DNA of 40,078 bases, filler included, from Glaucostegus cemiculus (taxonomy: Eukaryota): assembly GCA_976551045.1 (NCBI GenBank). It is 3 parts of 3 records of this genome, joined end to end, with 100 filler letters (N's around TTAATTAATTAA, not from the genome) between each part and the next. Parts side by side here need not be neighbours in the genome. Positions count along the whole stretch, not along the records: positions 26,129 to 40,078 come from CDPCPM010000059.1; 2 more parts are not named here. One strand, 5' to 3'. The position numbers and the translations under genes are program-made. A model generated the notes under the pieces. The model did no database searches. It was not told the origin of the DNA and saw nothing but the letters and a program-made list of their open reading frames with translations. Shown here one piece after another: positions 35,810 through 40,078 of this stretch (position 1 is the stretch's first letter; every line of letters starts with the position of its first letter).

Positions 35810-36735
35810 TTCCCACCATCCCGAAAGCACAAATCAGGTGCATGACAGAATATTTTCTTCCTGCCTAGATGAGTATAGTATTAAAGGTAGGACTCTTGGC
35901 AGTGTGGAGGATCAGAGGGATCTTGGGGTCCGAGTCCATAGGACGCTCAAGGTGGCTGCGCAGGTTGACTCTGTGGTTAAGGCGGCATATAGTGTATTGT
36001 CCTTCATCAGTCGCGGGATTGAATTTAGGAGCCGAGAGGTATTGCTTCGGTTATATAGGTCCCTGGTCAGACCCCATTTGCTCAGTTCTGGTCACCTCAC
36101 TACAGGAAAGATGTGGAAGCCATAGAGAGGGTGCAGAGGAGGTTTACGAGAATGCTGCCTGGAATGCAGAGCATGCCTTATGAAAGCATGTTGCAGGAAC
36201 TCGGCCTTTTCTCCTTGGAGAGGAGGAGGATGAGGGGGAACCTGATGAGAGGTATTGATCCAGTAGATAGAGGCTTTTCCCCAGGGATGAAATGGTGGCC
36301 ACAAGAGGACATAGATTTAAGGTGCTGGGGAGTAGATATAGAGGAGATGTCAGGGGTAAGTTTTTTTTCCTCAGAGAATGGTGAGTGCATGGAATGGGCT
36401 GCTGGCAACGGTGGTGGAGGCGAATACGATAGGGCCTTTCAAGAGACATGGAGCTAAGTAAAATGGAGGGCTATGGGAATTCCCAGTAATTTCTAGTGTA
36501 GGGACATGTTTGGCACAGCTTTGTGGGCCAAAGGGCCTGAATCGTGCTGTAGTTTTTCTATCTTTCTATGAGTGCAACTCCAATAATACTCAAGCAGCTC
36601 TACACAAAACAAGACAAAGCAACTCAGTGGATGGTCCAAAAGGATGCATCCTATCCAACATCCTAAAAATTTAATCCCTCACCCCGGGCTACTTCAAAAC
36701 CACCTTCCAAACCCACGATCTTTACAATTAAGGTT
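35810..36735 (+). mobile_element. Old LINE RT C-terminal fragment (CR1/L2 group) split by a younger CR1
   Basis: KAQIRCMTEYFLPA*MS (35824-35874) resumes after the CR1 as MSATPIILKQLYTKQDKA (from 36568). Confidence 0.6.
35871..36573 (+). mobile_element. Relatively young 5'-truncated CR1 LINE with ATGAGT target-site duplication
   Basis: GRTLGSVEDQRDLGVRVHRTLK...LYRSLVRPHL...ERVQRRFTRMLPGM...LGLFSLERRRMRG; 3' UTR GTGGGCCAAAGGGCCTG...TTCTAT; ATGAGT at 35869-35874 and 36568-36573. Confidence 0.9.
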
Positions 36736-36759
36736 TGTGCTGACTGTCTAATATCTCTT

Positions 36760-37033
36760 ACACTAATCCCACACTTATCCTAGTTTATTCTCCCCACATT
36801 CCCATCTGCTGCCCACTGATTTTATCACTCACTTATACACTAGAGGCAAATTACATTGGTCAATTAACCCATATGTCTTTGAGATGTGGGAAAAAACTAG
36901 AGCACCCAAAGGAAACCCATGTGTTTGCAAGGAACTTGTGCAATTTCCACGTAGACAGCAACTAAGGTCAGGATTGAATTTAGACCACTGGAGCTGCAAG
37001 GTAGCAGCTCATATAGTTACCTCACTGTACCCT
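36760..37033 (-). mobile_element. tRNA-derived V-SINE (HE1-like)
   Basis: Antisense V-domain ATGTCTTTGAGATGTGGGAAAAAACTAGAGCACCCAAAGGAAACCCA and head GTCAGGATTGAA...CTGGAGCTG...CACTGTACCC. Confidence 0.75.
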
Positions 37034-37734
37034 AGCATTCTTAAATCTGTTTCCTCAGGTTACCAACCCTTCTGCAATTTGAACACATTCCTCTCATTTC
37101 TTCTATGATCTTTCATGATTTTGAATTAGTGTATTTATTCTCCCCTTAGCATTATTTGCCATATGAAGAATAATCAGCTTCTGTATCTGTATATTGTCAT
37201 CTGCATCAGATAGTGGGTTCTGTTTAGTACTAAAACAGCATCAGCATTCTGCATTTCATCCCCTGTTCTGTGGAATGCTCCCTTCCCACTTTCCTGAATC
37301 CACAGTGCTAAATCAATATAGGATAAATGAATGACAATTGGAGTTCATCAATGAAGGTCAAATGTAACTAACACTGGGATTACAACAATAAGGATGGCAG
37401 ATGAAATATACTTACTGCAGTAAATCTGCTATAGGGAAATACCTGGATTACTTGAGCAGAACTCCATGTTATATGACCTGCAACTCAGTGATGACATGTT
37501 GACTTTAAATACTGCTAGAATTGAGATTTTAATGCAAATTAAAATTCCGTGTATGTCTTGCAGTAGGTTCAAAAGTACAATACTTAAATAAGGAGCAAAT
37601 TAATTTAACATTGTGGGCTTTCCATTTTTACATTGACCCATACTGGTTGTGAAAAGATATTTTTGTGTTTCATTAGACTTCTGTATTTTTCTTCCAAAAA
37701 AGCTTTAACCCAAAGAGGGCAACAGAGGATTTCA

Positions 37735-37885
37735 GAGACAAATAATTCTGCAGATGCTGGATTCTGGAGCAATACACGCAAAGTGCTGGAGGAACGCAGC
37801 AGGTCAGGCAGCATCCATGGGGGGAAATAAACAGTCAATGTTTCAGGCTGAGACCCTTCATCAGGTCTGGAAAGAAGAGGGCAGT
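37735..37885 (-). repeat. Penelope-derived terminal repeat
   Basis: CTGCAGATGCTGGATTCTGGAGC...GTGCTGGAGGAACGCAGCAGGTCAGGCAGCATC...CAGTCAATGTTTCAGGCTGAGACCCTTCATCAG. Confidence 0.8.
37832..37869 (-). ncRNA. Minimal type I hammerhead ribozyme motif (Penelope-associated), probably impaired
   Basis: Antisense CAGAC-CUGAUGA-A-GGGU-CUCA-GCCU-GAAA-CAUU-GACUG: intact core, stem I with one mismatch. Confidence 0.65.
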
Positions 37886-38694
37886 AATTTCAGATGTCAG
37901 TGAATGATGAGACTTTCTCAACTGATCACATTTAGAAAGAAACAGGAAAGGCAGAGAAAGAATCAAAGTCAAATAAGGAAAGAAAAATAAACAAAAGGAA
38001 AAATGATGAATAAGAGAAAAAGAGATAATGGAAACATTATAATTTTAAAGCCTCCATGTAAACTTTTCCACTCACAAATGAAATTGAACATTTGAATTAG
38101 TTCTTTTTCATGGCTATAGGTTGATTGGCATTGTATTAGCAATTTTCAGGTAAATTAGAAAGGTTGAAACACTGTTAATTAACAGACTTCTGCTGAGCTT
38201 AATTATCATTTAATGTGAAAATCTAACAAGATTTTAAAATTAACTAAAAGGCAAAGGGTGATGTCCCACTTGTGTGAAGCAAATGTCAGATGGTTGTAAA
38301 TTGACCAGCAATTTCTGGAGATTAGCAGTATTTTTTTAATCCCCTGAATTTGCTGGATGATTTGCACCTTAATAAGGCTGTGCATTCTTAACACCTCATT
38401 ATTTTTCCAGCAAGATCCAGCCCACAGTATTTTGCATTTTTCTTATTAATATTTTAATGCCTACCATCCAAATTAAATTGCTCATCAAGGACTGTCTCCT
38501 TTTTAAGTGTACAGAGATTTTGGATATAAATTTAATTCAGGAGTAGTTTTATCTGAGGCTCAGAAATTAACTGATTTTTAATCTGCAGGACAAAGTGACT
38601 GTGATAACTAAGCACTATGGATTTAATTACTCACTTCAAATTAAATGCAAAATAATTTCCCAGTAGAGGAGAATAATACCAAAACCGCATAATC

Positions 38695-39064
38695 CTCTCA
38701 GTCCTGGACTGGAAGATCCCTGAACGTTTATCTTGAAAGTTCTCACTTCTCCATATAATGGTTCAGTCAAACATTTAAGCCTAACAGTTAATGGTATTTT
38801 TTTTGGTGAAATCTTCACTATGTTTCACATCAAAGGGGAGAAGTAAGGCTATGCATTAACTACAGTCATAGCTCCAATGAGATTGGATTAAACTGCAATC
38901 AAATTCTCTTGACTGAAAATTACATAAGGTGGTTAGATGGCAATTCATGTGTTCATCAGAGCTAAGAAAAATTTGAAAGGAAAACTCCCCAGACAATATC
39001 AGTGTGCTTCTCTCAGTCCTGGACTGGAAGACCCCTGAACATTTACCTTGAAAGTTCTCACTTC
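38695..39064. repeat. Dispersed direct repeat, 55 bp x 2 (38695-38749, 39010-39064)
   Basis: CTCTCAGTCCTGGACTGGAAGA(T/C)CCCTGAAC(G/A)TTTA(T/C)CTTGAAAGTTCTCACTTC; 52 of 55 identical. Confidence 0.9.
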
Positions 39065-39925
39065 AGAGAACTGATGGATCCAGAATTTCCTAGCAGTAAC
39101 TAGCCACCTATATTTGGAGTACAACCTACTTGCTTATCTCACATTTACTCTGAGTGGGTTTGCCAGCAGCTGCTTCATCCATACAGAATCTTCATCCTAA
39201 AGCCCTGAGCAGTGGCAGACTGTCTGACCATAGCCAAAACATGCCCCAGCCAATAAAAGTTGAAAAAAACTTCCTCGTGACTTATCCATTCCCAAGTCTT
39301 AGCCAAATGTTAAAACTAGTGTGAATATTTCTTCAGACATATTCAAGAACATACCAAAAACATTAAAAATTAATCAAGCTACAAAAATTATCAAATCATT
39401 CATTTTTAAAAAATAATCAAAATATTATATCACTTTAATGAAGTTAAAACAGTTAAATATACAATCAGAAATGTAAATTACCTACAAATACCTGGTCCAT
39501 CACAGCCATTCCTCTCCACTGAAATGGATGTCGTTGCAGTTTCTGAACCAACTATAAGTGGGCAAAGGTTCAACATGCAAATTCCCCAGTGCAAGTGAAG
39601 AGAATTGCTCAGGAATTGATGCAAGCTTATGCTCCATTGCTGGACTTCAGGAGGAATGCAGCAGCAGAGGTGTAGAAACTCCAATGAATATCTGCCAGAA
39701 CATTTAGTTTCTGCATACACACGTTTCCACTCGGAGCTGCTGGCCTTTTATTAGAAAGGATTTCTATTATTATTGTAATATTTTGATTGTTTCATTCCAA
39801 ATTCAGTAGTCTGCTTTCTCCTGTTTTGAAGATACAAGTTAACTCAGTAGTTATATTTTTGCCTCAGTATTCAAGACCAAGTGTAGAATTTACACTTATA
39901 ATCTGGGTTTAACCTTCAGCATGTT

Positions 39926-40078
39926 GGGTGACATGGTAGCATAGCTGTTAGCACAACGCTATCACAGCTCCAGCGATCGGGGATCATTTCCTGTCGCTGT
40001 CAGTAAGGAGTTATCCCAGTGACTGGGTGGGTTCCCTACGGGTGCTTCGGTTTCCTCCAGCATTCCAAAGACGTAGGG
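39926..40078 (+). mobile_element. tRNA-derived V-SINE (HE1-like), cut by the window end
   Basis: Head GGGTGACATGGTAGCATAGCTGTTAGC (A-box-like) and V-domain GGGTGCTTCGGTTTCCTCCAGCATTCCAAAGACGT. Confidence 0.85.

Noticed and set aside
39478-39720. Short open frames on both strands (for example KRIAQELMQAYAPLLDFRR)
   Set aside because: No start or splice context and no family recognised; consistent with chance.
1797-40078. Exons of RASA3, the divergent neighbour of CFAP97D2 in human
   Set aside because: I found no second CpG island or MAVE(D/E)EGLR-like first exon, so synteny cannot be confirmed from this window.

Overview
Eukaryotic DNA, very probably from a cartilaginous fish (shark/ray; inferred from its repeat families: DeuSINE/SacSINE-like, HE1-like V-SINE, CR1, Rex1/Babar, RTE and Penelope-derived repeats). 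The window is three sequence blocks (1-1696, 1797-26028, 26129-40078) joined by two identical artificial 100-bp spacers (N44-TTAATTAATTAA-N44), so contiguity across them is not guaranteed. The only host gene I can recognise is the first coding exon of a CFAP97D2-like ciliary gene (minus strand, 424-332), in a CpG island with RFX X-box-like and E2F motifs; the rest of that gene lies left of the window. The remainder is AT-rich non-coding DNA dense with decayed retroelements, several of them nested. The most notable items are minimal type I hammerhead-ribozyme folds in the Penelope-derived repeats (35428-35466, 37832-37869), a SINE-derived minisatellite upstream of the gene, a probable two-gene Harbinger relic, deletions removing the RT catalytic motif in three unrelated LINE copies, and two CpG-retaining candidate enhancers. 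I found no convincing new multi-gene system. Repeat family names come from recalled consensus features, not database searches, and repeat boundaries are approximate.
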